Origin: Candidatus Limnocylindria bacterium
GTDB taxonomy: Bacteria; Chloroflexota; Limnocylindria; P2-11E
Direction: 5' to 3'
NCBI GenBank assembly: GCA_036564905.1
Contig: DATCOD010000077.1
Coordinates: 11,363 to 75,362, forward strand
DNA length: 64,000 nucleotides
Of this stretch, positions 40,046 through 50,157 are shown piece by piece (the stretch's first letter is position 1; each line of letters begins with the position of its first letter). Under the pieces are notes generated by a model, which saw nothing but the letters and a program-made list of their open reading frames with translations, ran no database searches and was not told where the DNA came from. A program made the translations under genes and the position numbers.

Positions 40046-40102
40046 TGCGGTCCCTCTCAGGCCGTCGGAGGAAGCCCCGCGGCTAGAGCGAGTGTACGAG
40101 CC

Positions 40103-41956
40103 TCAGCGAGCGCTCAGGGTTATGTTCACGACCACGGCGCGATGGTCGGAGGCCGTGGAATCCGCCACATGGCCCTGCGCCGCGATGACGCCGGTGCCGA
40201 AGATGTAGTCGATCCGCTCGACCGGCCCGGTCGAGGGGAAGGTGCCGGCGCCGCCACCGGATTGGAGCGCGAGGTCGCCGAATCCGGAATCGGTGATGAG
40301 CGCGAGCTCGGGCGCATCGGGATGGGCGTTGCAGTCGCAGGCGATGAGCGCCGGCGTCGCGGTGCCGACCGCGTCGAGCAGCGCGCGCACCTGCTCCATC
40401 CGCACCGCGCCGGCATCGGCGTTCTCATCGAGGTGCGTGACCGCGATCAGCAGCCTGGGGGCGGCGGGGTCGTCCCCGATCCGCGCGATCAGTGCACCCC
40501 GTGGCTGATAGCGGAGACCCGGCTCCTTCGGGTACGAGATCCGCCGCACATCGGTGATCGGATACCGGGAGAGGATGGCGTTCCCGTAGAGGTCGCCGAT
40601 GGTGGGCCCGAAGACGTAGCCCAGGCCGAGCCGCGCCGCGAGATACCCGAGCACGTCATGCCCGTCATCGATGAGCCACCCCCGGACGACCTCCTGCAGG
40701 ACGAGAACATCGGGGCTCTCGCGGGAGATCGTGTCCGCGAGCCGGTCGAGCGACGCGATGTCGCCGGCATCGAATCCCTGATGGACGTTGTAGGTCATGA
40801 CCCGGAAGGTCAGTGGCGCGGTCTGGAGGGCGGCCCCGGGGGTCAACGCGAGCGCCGTGCCCGGGACCAGGACCGCGAGCGCGGCGAGCGTCCAGGCGAG
40901 CAGCGGCCGCCAGCGCGGCAGCGGCGAGGGTGGCGCGAGGACGGCGGCGGCGACCACCACGGCCGTCAGGATCCAGAGCGCCTCGCGGTTCGCGAAATAG
41001 GCGTAGTGCACGAACGTGCCGCCGACGAACAGCAGCCACCCGACCCCGAAGGCGATCGTCGTCAGCCAGGGGAACCGCCCGTCGGTCTGCGGCGCGGACG
41101 TGAGCGCCGACGCGGCGATGATGATCCCGGCGGCGAACGCCGCGCCCGCGGCGAGCGAGAGGCCGGGCACGTGGAGCCAGAGCAGCGCGGCGCCGATCGC
41201 GATCGCCGCTGCCGCGGTCGGCCGCGCCGGCAACCCGCGTGCGAGCGCGATGGCGCCCGCGGCGACGCCGATGCCGACGACGAGCAGGCCGATCTGCGTG
41301 CTGGGTCCGCCGTCCCGTCCGAGGCCCCCCGCGAGCGCGACCTGCGCCCCATTCAGGCCGCCGGTCTCGGCCGCGAGCAGCAGCGGACCGACGGCGGCGA
41401 GCCCGAGCGCGCCGCGGGCCCCTGGCGATGCCCAGACCAGCGCGCCGCCGAGCGTCGCGATGCCACCGGCGAGGAACAGCAGGGTCGCGACCAGCACGAG
41501 CGGCACGGCGAGCGCCTGGGGCAGCGCGAAGACCGGGACGGTCATGAACGCGCTGCGCAAGAGCAGGTCGATGGCGAGCCCGAGCGGCAGGGCGATCGCC
41601 AGCGGCGAGGCCCGCCCGACGGTCCGGACGCCGTGGGTCAGGGAGAGCCACTGCGTGCCCGCCACGACCGCGATCGCGGAGAACATGAGATCGATCCACT
41701 CCTCCCGCGCCGCCGTGCTGACGAGCACCGCGATCGCGAGCAGCGCTCCGGTGGCCGCGACCGAACGGCGCGGGCCGAGGCGCTTCGCGGTCACCCCGGC
41801 GAGGAGGGCGAGGCCGAAGGTGAGGACCGCGATGGCGCCGAGTGTTGTGTTCGGAAGCGTGCCGAAGAGCGATTGATAGAGCGTCGCGGTGAACACGTGG
41901 ATCCCACTGAGCAGGAAGAGGACGCCGATCGTCGCGAACGCTGCTGGCCCGAGCAC
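40103..41956 (-). CDS. polytopic membrane domain (~12 TM) fused to a C-terminal endonuclease/exonuclease/phosphatase (EEP) domain
   Basis: The N-terminal ~380 aa are highly hydrophobic. The C-terminal ~230 aa (LTFRVMTYNVHQGFDAGD ... VLVLQEV ... IAVTHLDEN ... ACDCNAHP ... SDHRAVVV) carry EEP catalytic motifs. Confidence 0.75.
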   Translation of the reverse strand: MLGPAAFATIGVLFLLSGIHVFTATLYQSLFGTLPNTTLGAIAVLTFGLALLAGVTAKRLGPRRSVAATGALLAIAVLVSTAAREEWIDLMFSAIAVVAGTQWLSLTHGVRTVGRASPLAIALPLGLAIDLLLRSAFMTVPVFALPQALAVPLVLVATLLFLAGGIATLGGALVWASPGARGALGLAAVGPLLLAAETGGLNGAQVALAGGLGRDGGPSTQIGLLVVGIGVAAGAIALARGLPARPTAAAAIAIGAALLWLHVPGLSLAAGAAFAAGIIIAASALTSAPQTDGRFPWLTTIAFGVGWLLFVGGTFVHYAYFANREALWILTAVVVAAAVLAPPSPLPRWRPLLAWTLAALAVLVPGTALALTPGAALQTAPLTFRVMTYNVHQGFDAGDIASLDRLADTISRESPDVLVLQEVVRGWLIDDGHDVLGYLAARLGLGYVFGPTIGDLYGNAILSRYPITDVRRISYPKEPGLRYQPRGALIARIGDDPAAPRLLIAVTHLDENADAGAVRMEQVRALLDAVGTATPALIACDCNAHPDAPELALITDSGFGDLALQSGGGAGTFPSTGPVERIDYIFGTGVIAAQGHVADSTASDHRAVVVNITLSAR

Positions 41957-41983
41957 GCGGCCGAGTCTAGGTCGCGCGCGAAG

Positions 41984-43693
41984 CTAGGCGACGTTCTCCG
42001 ATCGCGCGGCCTGCAGCGCGTCGGCGGGGACCTGCACGGCGGTCGCGCCACCCAGCGTGGCCGCGCGCCATGCGACGGCAAGGCGTTGACCGGACGTATC
42101 GACCAGCGCGCGGAGCCGATCGACATCGTGTGGCCCGATCTCGTCGGCACGAGGGCCGGCGACGAGCGCACCGACGACGTCACCGTCGACGACGATCGGA
42201 GCGATCGCGGAGCGGCCACCACCGGCCAGACGTTCGATGAGCGTGGCCTCGCTCCAGTCGTGGACCGGCTGCACCAGCTCGTGGACCGTGGGCGCGCTCA
42301 CGACGCGGGCCTCGCGGCAGGCGCGCGCGATGGCGTTGTACCGGTCGTCGACACTGACCGCGAATCGCGCGTCGGAGATGCCGATGAGACGGTCGATGCC
42401 GGCCGCCTCGGTGGAGGCGCTCACGCGATCGCCGCGGAGCATCCCGGCCTCCGGATCGAGGCCAACGATGAACGACGTCGGGAAACCGGCCGCCGCGATC
42501 TGGACCAGGAGGTCGGCGAGGATGTCGTCGGTCGTCAGCGGGGTCGCCACGGCGGCCGATCCGGGTGCGGCGGCGGGCTGGGCGGGCTGCGCGGGAGCTC
42601 CGGCCACGGATGGCTGGAAACGGCCGGCAGCACGGGCCCGCGCGAACGCGGGCGACGTCGCCTGCACGATCGACGCGATGAGCTCGAGCTCGCTGGGTGC
42701 GAACCCGCCGTCGCGGAACGTCTGCAGGGTGACCACGCCGATGGCGCTGTTCCCGTCGTCGAGCGGCACCTGCAGGACGCCGACCCGGCGGCGCTCGCCC
42801 GCGACCGTGACGGCGCGGTCGAACGCGTGCCAGCGCTCGGCATTGCGGACCGCGAACGAGCTCGGCGAATCGTCGACCGGTTGCTTCCCCAGCTCACTGG
42901 ACGCGGCATCGACGCCGACGACCTTGTAGCGATACGCGACTTCGGGCCGGTCTGCGTGGAAGAGCGCCACCGCGAACGCCGAGGCCTCGCTGACCTCGTT
43001 CATCGCGTCGCGCAGGATCCGGCCGACCGCCCGCGCGTCATCGACCGTCGAGACCGCGGCACCGATCTGCGACACGATGACGTCGATCCCGGCCGCCGCC
43101 TCGGCGGACACCGGTGTGGAGGTCGATGAGTACGAGCCCTCGGCCGGCCGGGACGACGGCGCTGCCGCGGTCTCAGGCAACGGCTTCGCCGGCGGCGGCT
43201 CGGACGCGAACGCAGGCGATGCGATCAGCGAGGCCGTGTACATCGCCATCGCGGACGCGATCAGCTCGCACGAGAGGTCCATCGCCTCTCGCGTCTGGGC
43301 GGTCAACGGCTCGCGCGTGATGAGGGTGCCAAGGAGCACCCCCACGGTGCGATCGCCGAAGACCAGTCGCGAGATCAACAGCCGGGGCGGAACGCCGACC
43401 CATTCGGCCTGGTACGGAACGGGCCAGTCGAGGGCGACGGCGCGGTTCGCCGGCAGCGAATCGTCGGGGAGCTCCAGCGTCGTGAGCCGCCGATCGAACA
43501 GCCACGGATTCCGGCCGACCTCCGCTGCGACAGCATCCGGGCCGGCCGGCTGGCGCACGACAGCACAGCCGATGAGGTACGGCACGCTGTTGAGCAGGAT
43601 GCGAAGGGTCGCCTCCACCGGTGGAGTGGCAGGGACGATCCGGAGCGGCTCCACGCGCCTGTTTGTAGTGCTCCGGCCGGGCTGCCGCCTCAC
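41984..43693 (-). CDS. multi-GAF-domain protein (probably three tandem GAF-like domains, no output domain)
   Basis: The 569-aa product is soluble with repeated GAF-like segments and Ala/Pro-rich linkers. It starts at a GTG. The domain call is by pattern only. Confidence 0.6.
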   Translation of the reverse strand: MRRQPGRSTTNRRVEPLRIVPATPPVEATLRILLNSVPYLIGCAVVRQPAGPDAVAAEVGRNPWLFDRRLTTLELPDDSLPANRAVALDWPVPYQAEWVGVPPRLLISRLVFGDRTVGVLLGTLITREPLTAQTREAMDLSCELIASAMAMYTASLIASPAFASEPPPAKPLPETAAAPSSRPAEGSYSSTSTPVSAEAAAGIDVIVSQIGAAVSTVDDARAVGRILRDAMNEVSEASAFAVALFHADRPEVAYRYKVVGVDAASSELGKQPVDDSPSSFAVRNAERWHAFDRAVTVAGERRRVGVLQVPLDDGNSAIGVVTLQTFRDGGFAPSELELIASIVQATSPAFARARAAGRFQPSVAGAPAQPAQPAAAPGSAAVATPLTTDDILADLLVQIAAAGFPTSFIVGLDPEAGMLRGDRVSASTEAAGIDRLIGISDARFAVSVDDRYNAIARACREARVVSAPTVHELVQPVHDWSEATLIERLAGGGRSAIAPIVVDGDVVGALVAGPRADEIGPHDVDRLRALVDTSGQRLAVAWRAATLGGATAVQVPADALQAARSENVA

Positions 43694-43825
43694 CGCGCCG
43701 AGGGGTTGTCGCCGGGGGAGTACGAACGTCGTGTTGGGGGGAGGCGGGTACCATGTCCGCGCTCAGGGTCGGCGGATCGCGCATCGCGGTGTCCAACTTT
43801 CGCATCGCGCAACGGGAGGTGTGCC

Positions 43826-45406
43826 GTGGCGACTTCGTTCAGCAAGGGCGTGGAGATCCGTGGCGCGGCAGTGGAACGGTCGGACGAGGTCCTCGCCCCG
43901 GAGGCGATCGACTTCGTGGCCGATCTCGCGCGCACGTTCGAGCCGGCGCGCACGGCGCTCCTCGCGGTGCGCACGGCTCGCCAGGCGGAGCTGAACGGGG
44001 GCGGCGACCTGCATTTCCTTCCCGAGACCGCTGCCGTGCGCCAGGGCGCGTGGCGCGTGGCGCCGGTGCCCGCTGATCTGCAGGTGCGCAAGGTGGAGAT
44101 CACCGGGCCCACCGACCGCAAGATGGTCATCAACGCGCTCAACTCCGGCGCGTCGACCTACATGGCCGACTTCGAGGACGCGAACACCCCCACCTGGGAG
44201 AACATGGTCTCCGGCCAGGCCAATCTCATCGACGCGGTCCGCCGGACGATCGTCTTCACCGGCCCGGAGGGCAAGCGCTACACGCTGAACAAGGACCTCG
44301 CGACCATCATCGTGCGGCCGCGCGGCTGGCACCTTCCCGAGAAGCACTTCCTGGTGGATGGCAAGCCGATCGCGGGCGCGTTCATGGACTTCGGGCTGTA
44401 CTTCTTCCACAACGCCAAGGCCCTGCTCGAACGTGGCAGCGGACCGTACTTCTACCTGCCGAAGCTGGAGAGCCACAAGGAGGCGCGCCTCTGGAACGAC
44501 GTCTTCGTGCGCGCGCAGCAGAAGCTCGGCCTCCCGAACGGCACGATCAAGGCGACCGTGCTCGTCGAGACCTTCCCCGCCGCGTTCGAGATGGAGGAGA
44601 TCCTCTACGAGCTCCGCGATCACTCAGCGGGACTCAACGCCGGACGCTGGGACTTCATCTTCAGCGCGATCAAGAAGTTCAACGGCCGCCCGGACTTCCT
44701 GCTTCCCGACCGCATCCAGGTCACGATGACCGTCCCGTTCATGCGCGCGTACACGGAGCTCCTGATCCGGACCTGCCACAAGCGCGGCGCGTTCGCGCTC
44801 GGCGGGATGGCGGCGTTCATCCCCACCCGGAAGGATCCGCAGGTGAACGAGATCGCCCTGGGCAAGGTGCGTGACGACAAGATCCGCGAGGCGAACGATG
44901 GCTTCGATGGGACCTGGGTGGCCCATCCCGACCTCGTGCCGGTGGCGATGGCGGAGTTCGACAAGGTCCTGGGCTCGCGTAAGAACCAGCTCGAGCGGAC
45001 GCGCGACGAGGTCCACGTCACCGATGCGCAGATCAGCGCCGTCGGGGTCCCCGGCGGCACGATCACCGACGCCGGCGTGACGGCGAACGTGAGCGTCGGG
45101 ATCCAGTACCTCGAGTCGTGGCTCCGCGGCGTCGGCGCGGCGGCGATCTACAACCTGATGGAGGACGCGGCGACCGCGGAGATCTCACGGTCCCAGGTCT
45201 GGCAGTGGGTCCACCACGGCGCGAAGACGGTCGAGGGGACCGCCGTGACGAAGGACGCGGTCAGGAAGATCGGCCGAGAAGAGGTCGCCCGCCTGGACGG
45301 GCCCGGCCGAAGGTTCGGCGATGCGCTCGCGCTCTTCGAGGAGGTCGCGCTCGGCGACCGGTTCGTGGAGTTCCTCACGCTCCCCGGATACGACCTGCTC
45401 CCCTGA
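43826..45406 (+). CDS. aceB: malate synthase A
   Basis: The GTG at ~43826 is preceded by a GGGAGGTG Shine-Dalgarno. The product [13 protein letters not shown]... has the malate synthase TIM barrel and conserved catalytic residues (FDGTWVAHP). Confidence 0.9.
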   Translation: MATSFSKGVEIRGAAVERSDEVLAPEAIDFVADLARTFEPARTALLAVRTARQAELNGGGDLHFLPETAAVRQGAWRVAPVPADLQVRKVEITGPTDRKMVINALNSGASTYMADFEDANTPTWENMVSGQANLIDAVRRTIVFTGPEGKRYTLNKDLATIIVRPRGWHLPEKHFLVDGKPIAGAFMDFGLYFFHNAKALLERGSGPYFYLPKLESHKEARLWNDVFVRAQQKLGLPNGTIKATVLVETFPAAFEMEEILYELRDHSAGLNAGRWDFIFSAIKKFNGRPDFLLPDRIQVTMTVPFMRAYTELLIRTCHKRGAFALGGMAAFIPTRKDPQVNEIALGKVRDDKIREANDGFDGTWVAHPDLVPVAMAEFDKVLGSRKNQLERTRDEVHVTDAQISAVGVPGGTITDAGVTANVSVGIQYLESWLRGVGAAAIYNLMEDAATAEISRSQVWQWVHHGAKTVEGTAVTKDAVRKIGREEVARLDGPGRRFGDALALFEEVALGDRFVEFLTLPGYDLLP

Positions 45407-45426
45407 CCGCACGCACCCGCGGCGTC

Positions 45427-46563
45427 ATGCTGGCGGCGCTCACGGCGATCGCCGTCGGCCTCACGTACACGGATCAGGCCGCCCTCGTGCCGTTGCTGCG
45501 GGCCGACCTCGGGATCAGCGATGTGCAGGCCGGACTCCTGCCGACCGCGCTGTTCATCAGCGCGGTCGCGACGATGCTCGCGACGGCGACGCTCGCCGAC
45601 CGCGTCGGCGCGAAGCGGATGAACGTCTTCGGGGTCGCGTTCTCGCTCGGATCCAACGTCCTCTTCGCGGTCGGTCCGACGTACGAGACGCTCCTGCTCG
45701 CGAAGGCCATCGGCGGCATCGGGAGCGGGCTCGCCTTCGTCGGGGGCGTGCGCTACATCGCCGGCCTGTACCCAGGCGCGCGATCGCACTTCGGCCAGGG
45801 TGTCTACGGCGCCGGGTACCCGCTCGGCAGCGCGATCGGCCTCCAGCTCATGCCCCCGCTCGCGCTCGCGTTCGGCGGCTGGCGCGGCGCGTTCGCCACC
45901 TCGAGCACGCTCCTCCTGGTGGTCCTGATCGTGTACGCCTGGATCGCGCCGGCGGTGCCCCGCGCGATCATGCCCGGGAACATCCGTGACGCCCTCCGCG
46001 ACGGGAACTCGTGGTGGTGCTTCGTGCAGCACGCCGCCGGATTCGGCCTCGCCCTCGCGACCGGCTCGTGGATCAGCGTGTACCTCCTGCGTGAATTCGA
46101 CACCTCGCTGGTCGTCGCGGGCGCCCTCGGTGCGTTCGTCCTCATCGCCGGTCTGTTCATGCGGCCGCTCGGGGGCTGGCTCGTCGCGCGACGGCGCGCG
46201 TCCACCGTCGCGCTCATGCGTGGATCGCAGGTGCTGAACCTCGCCGGCCTCGCGCTCCTCGCGCTCCCCGGCCGCCCGTTGCCGATCGCCCTCGTCGGTG
46301 GGGTCGCCGTCGGCATCGGCGTCTCGCTGCCCTACGCGGCCGTCTTCAATACCGCGGCGGCGTCACTGCCGCGGGCGCCCGGTGCCGCGCAGTCCCTCAC
46401 CGCGGCCGGCGGCACGTTCGGCGCCGTCGTCGGCGCGCCGGTCATGGGCGCGGCGATCGAGCGGCTCGGGTTCAGCGCGGCGTGGCTCGTGATCGCCGTC
46501 ATCCCGCTCGCCGCGCTCGCCGGCACGTTCTTCATCCGCGGCGAGGAGCGCTTCGGCAGCTAG
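45427..46563 (+). CDS. MFS transporter
   Basis: The ATG at 45427 gives MLAALTAIAVGLTYTDQAALVPLLRADLGISD... with 12 TM helices. The upstream part of the 481-aa track ORF is an artefact. Confidence 0.8.
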   Translation: MLAALTAIAVGLTYTDQAALVPLLRADLGISDVQAGLLPTALFISAVATMLATATLADRVGAKRMNVFGVAFSLGSNVLFAVGPTYETLLLAKAIGGIGSGLAFVGGVRYIAGLYPGARSHFGQGVYGAGYPLGSAIGLQLMPPLALAFGGWRGAFATSSTLLLVVLIVYAWIAPAVPRAIMPGNIRDALRDGNSWWCFVQHAAGFGLALATGSWISVYLLREFDTSLVVAGALGAFVLIAGLFMRPLGGWLVARRRASTVALMRGSQVLNLAGLALLALPGRPLPIALVGGVAVGIGVSLPYAAVFNTAAASLPRAPGAAQSLTAAGGTFGAVVGAPVMGAAIERLGFSAAWLVIAVIPLAALAGTFFIRGEERFGS

Positions 46564-47309
46564 CGGATGTCGTCCTGCTCCGCGATGAACACCCAGGGCA
46601 GCCCGAACCGCTCCTCGAGCTGCGACGCGAGCGCCTTCACGCCGAGCGTCTCGGTCGCCCAGTGGGAGCCGAGAATGAGGTTGATCCCCCGCTCGCGCGC
46701 GTAGAGCTTCGTATACATGCTCCCCTCGCCGGTGACATACGTGTCGGCCCCGCGCTGCCGAGCCTCTTCGAGCATCGTCGTGTTGCCCGCGCCGCCGGTG
46801 GCGATCGCGACGTGCCGGCAGGTGGGCACGTTCTCCCACGCCTCGACCGGTACGCCGAGCACGTCGCGCATCCGCTCCGCGAGCTGCGCGAAGGTTCGAT
46901 CGTGCCGGCCGACGATCCCCGCCAGGCCGCCGTGATACGGGAGGAACCGCTCGTTGACGATGACCCCCAGCGCGGCCGCGAGCAGATCGGGGTTCCCGAA
47001 GCCGGCCGCGCCATCGAGCGCCGAGTGCGCGCCATACAGGGAGATGCCGTTGTCCTTGAGCCGGTCGAGCTTCTGTGGCGCGAGCTCGAGGTCGATCTCC
47101 GGCCAGGTGCGGTGATGCACGATGAGGAGGTCGGCATCGGTGAACTTCGCTCGCGCGATGGCGTGGAATGACGTGTTCACGGCGCACGCGACCCGGCTGA
47201 CCGTCGCCGACGATCGCAGCACGAGCCCGTTCGACGCTTCTTCGTCGAACTTGTGCGTCTCGAGCCTGCCGTCGAGGAACGCGACGACATCGTCGAGCGG
47301 GACGCTCAC
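46560..47309 (-). CDS. Nif3-family dinuclear metal centre protein (YqfO/GTP cyclohydrolase 1 type 2 homologue)
   Basis: The 249-aa product carries NIF3 motifs (LIVHHRTW..., GSHWATE). Confidence 0.85.
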   Translation of the reverse strand: MSVPLDDVVAFLDGRLETHKFDEEASNGLVLRSSATVSRVACAVNTSFHAIARAKFTDADLLIVHHRTWPEIDLELAPQKLDRLKDNGISLYGAHSALDGAAGFGNPDLLAAALGVIVNERFLPYHGGLAGIVGRHDRTFAQLAERMRDVLGVPVEAWENVPTCRHVAIATGGAGNTTMLEEARQRGADTYVTGEGSMYTKLYARERGINLILGSHWATETLGVKALASQLEERFGLPWVFIAEQDDIR

Positions 47310-48769
47310 TTGACGCGCTCCGCGATGAGCCGGTTCACGACCGTGGGGTTCGCCTTGCCGCCGAGCTGCTGCATCACCGGCCGCACGAGGGCGCCGATCG
47401 CGCGCTGATTGCCGGCACGGATGTCGGCGACGGCCTTCGGGTTCGCCGCGATGGCGGCATCGACGGCCGCGGCGATGGCCGCTTCGTCGGACACCTGAGC
47501 GAGGCCGCGCTCGCTGACGATCGTATCGGCGTCCTTCCCCGTCGCGAGCATCTCACCGAAGACGATCTTCGCGGCGGTGGTGCTCACGGTGCCGGCCTCG
47601 ATGAGCCCGACGAGCGAGGCGAGCTGGGCCGGCGTGAGCTTGAGACCCGCCAGCGGCTGGCCCGACGCCTTCAGGTGGCCGAGCAGGTCGCCGGTCACCC
47701 AGTTCGCGACGCGCTTCGCCTGCGCCGGCGCCGTCTTCGCGGCCGCGTCGAACCAGTCGGCGAGGGTGCGATCGGCCACGAGCACCCGCGCGTCGTAGTC
47801 CGAAAGGCCGTACTGCGTGACGAAGCGCGCGCGGCGGTCGCTCGGCATCTCCGGCAGCGCGGCACGGATCCGTTCGACCATCGCGCGATCGGGCGACAGC
47901 GAGACGAGATCCGGCTCCGGAAAGTAGCGGTAGTCGTCCACCTCTTCCTTCGTGCGCTGCAGGTAGGTGCGGCGCTGCTCGGTGCTCCACCCGACGGTGA
48001 TCTTGCCGGCGCGCGTGCGGAGCTCGCCGCCGCGCTCCCACTCGTCCCAGAGGCGCGCCGACTCATACGGGATGGCCTCCTCGAGCGCGCGAAAGCTGTT
48101 CAGGTTCTTGATCTCGCTGAGCGGCGGCCAGCGGATCTCCCCATCGGGCTCCGCGAAGCGGATGGACACATTCACGTCGAACCGCGCTCCGCCCTGCTCG
48201 AGCTTGAACCCGGCGACGCCGGCGTACACCAGCCGCTCGCGCAGTGCCTCGAGGTACGCGAGCGATTCGCCGACCGACCGGAGATCCGGCTCCGACACGA
48301 TCTCGAGCAGCGGCACGCCGGAGCGATTGAAGTCCACGAGCGTCGCGCCGCCGGCGTGCAGGAGGCTGCCGGTGTCCTCCTCGAGGTGCGCTCGGCGGAT
48401 GCCGACCCGCTTCGTCGATCCATCGTCGGCCGGGATCTCGAGCCAGCCGCTCACCGACAGGGGCAGATCGAACTGTGAGATCTGGTAGCCCTTCGGGAGA
48501 TCCGGGTACATGTAGTTCTTGCGGTCGAACTTCGTGTGCTCCGGCGTCTCGCAGTGCAGCGCGATGCCCGCGGCGATCGAGAGCTCGATCGCCCTGCGGT
48601 TGGGGTACGGCAGCGCACCGGGGAGCCCGAGGCAGACCTCGCAGGTCACCGTGTTCGGCGGCGCGCCGAACCATTCCGCCGAGCAGCCGCAGAACATCTT
48701 CGAGCGCGTAGCGAGCTCGACGTGGCACTCGATGCCGATGATCGTCTCGTAGCGCGTTGCCACGGTCAT
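47306..48769 (-). CDS. gatB: Asp-tRNA(Asn)/Glu-tRNA(Gln) amidotransferase subunit B
   Basis: It begins MTVATRYETIIGIECHVELATRSKMFCGC and has full-length GatB similarity including the C-terminal YqeY-like domain. Confidence 0.95.
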   Translation of the reverse strand: MTVATRYETIIGIECHVELATRSKMFCGCSAEWFGAPPNTVTCEVCLGLPGALPYPNRRAIELSIAAGIALHCETPEHTKFDRKNYMYPDLPKGYQISQFDLPLSVSGWLEIPADDGSTKRVGIRRAHLEEDTGSLLHAGGATLVDFNRSGVPLLEIVSEPDLRSVGESLAYLEALRERLVYAGVAGFKLEQGGARFDVNVSIRFAEPDGEIRWPPLSEIKNLNSFRALEEAIPYESARLWDEWERGGELRTRAGKITVGWSTEQRRTYLQRTKEEVDDYRYFPEPDLVSLSPDRAMVERIRAALPEMPSDRRARFVTQYGLSDYDARVLVADRTLADWFDAAAKTAPAQAKRVANWVTGDLLGHLKASGQPLAGLKLTPAQLASLVGLIEAGTVSTTAAKIVFGEMLATGKDADTIVSERGLAQVSDEAAIAAAVDAAIAANPKAVADIRAGNQRAIGALVRPVMQQLGGKANPTVVNRLIAERVK

Positions 48770-48773
48770 CGGA

Positions 48774-49283
48774 TCACCTGAAGGTGGGGTCAGACGGCGC
48801 GGGCACGACTTCCGTGCCGTTGATCACCCGGCTGGTGTTCACGACGATCTTCGCGCCTTCCACCGAGACAAGATAGCGGTCGTAGGTCGGCGGCGGACCA
48901 TTCGAAGACTCGCTCACCGCCGACAGCTCGGTCTTCGAAATGTCGGCGAAGCCGGCCGCACGGATGGCCACGAACTCCCCGGGCTTGTACTGGATCAGGT
49001 AGAACGCGTGCTGAAGGTCGACGAGCGGCGCGCTGTAGAGCTTCGCCGGCGCGCCGACGGCCGGCACGTCGCGCGTGCCCAGGACCACGCGCCCGCCGAT
49101 GACCGACGCCGGCGGCGTCGCGAGCTCCACCGCGAGCGCGCTGTACCCGACGCCCGCGACGAGCACGAGCGCGACCAGGACGAACGCGGCGACCAGGAGG
49201 TATTGCTTCCACGTCGGCGTGGGATCGAGCGATCCGGGACCCGCCCATTGCTCGACCGGCTGGTCCTCGTAGCGCGTGCCCAT
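48774..49283 (-). CDS. membrane-anchored hypothetical protein (single TM plus ~110-aa extracytoplasmic domain)
   Basis: The internal ATG at 49283 gives MGTRYEDQPVEQWAGPGSLDPTPTWKQYLLVAAFVLVALVLVAGVGY..., overlapping the stop of the upstream gene (ATGA). There is no known domain. Confidence 0.5.
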   Translation of the reverse strand: MGTRYEDQPVEQWAGPGSLDPTPTWKQYLLVAAFVLVALVLVAGVGYSALAVELATPPASVIGGRVVLGTRDVPAVGAPAKLYSAPLVDLQHAFYLIQYKPGEFVAIRAAGFADISKTELSAVSESSNGPPPTYDRYLVSVEGAKIVVNTSRVINGTEVVPAPSDPTFR

Positions 49284-50056
49284 CAGCCACCCGCCTGGGC
49301 GGCCGGCCGCAGCGCGCGCTGCACCACCGCTCGCGTCCCGCCGTCCCATTCCGCGACGGCGTCGCGCAGCTCCGGGCGGCGCTTGAGGATGTTGCGTACC
49401 GCGGCGCCGACCGCGCGCGTCACGAACGGCCGGGTGTCGCCGGCGAGGAACGCGAGGATCCCGAAGCCGCGCTCGGCGACGCCCGCGCCGGATGCGCTGG
49501 TGAACACCGACGCGACGTTCCAGCGGACGTTCTCGTCAGCCTCGCGGGACCACCGCTCGAGGCGCGCGAACGTCGCCTCCGGGTACGAGCGGAGCAGCTG
49601 ATCGCCGATCGCGAATGGTCCGAGGTTGCGCCGAACGTACTCGTCGTGATCCGCGAGCGCCGGCTCGATGAGGTCGAGCAGGATCTCCGCCCGCTCGGGA
49701 TGCCGCGAGCGCGCGGCGTACTTCGCGCCGACGACGACCGCGCGGCGCAACCGCGCGTCTCCGGTCGCGACCCAGCCTTGCGCCGGACGGAGGTAGTCGT
49801 CGAACGCGCGCTCAAGGCAGTCACCGAGGAGCGAGGCCGCGGTCTCGCGGACCTCCCAGTCGTCGTCGCGCGCGAGGCGATAGATCGCCCGCTCGATCTC
49901 CGGTCGGTTGGTCGTGATGAGCGGTCGGAGGATGACGGCGGCGAGCTCCTTGTCGACCCGACGCGGGTGCTGCAGGAGGCGGGTGGCCCAGTCGCGCCGC
50001 ACGAAGGTCGAGGCGCTCTGCGCGCGGACGATCGCGGCCGCGCGCGAGTACGTCAC
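49284..50056 (-). CDS. DNA alkylation repair enzyme-like (AlkD/AlkC HEAT-repeat family)
   Basis: The C-terminal ~250 aa of the track ORF (TYSRAAAIVRAQSASTFVRRDWATRLLQHPRRVDKELAAVILRPLITTNRPEIERAIYRLARDDDWEVRETAASLLG...) have the HEAT-like repeat pattern of PF08713. The start is uncertain; a candidate GTG at ~50056 is chosen because longer versions overlap the aminotransferase gene. Confidence 0.5.
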
Positions 50057-50157
50057 CTTTTTGACCCAACCGCGCTGACCGGTCCGCCGCAGGATGTCCG
50101 ACGCCCCGAGCGGATCGCCGGTCGACAGCGCCTTCTCGAAGGCGCGCTCCCATTCGA

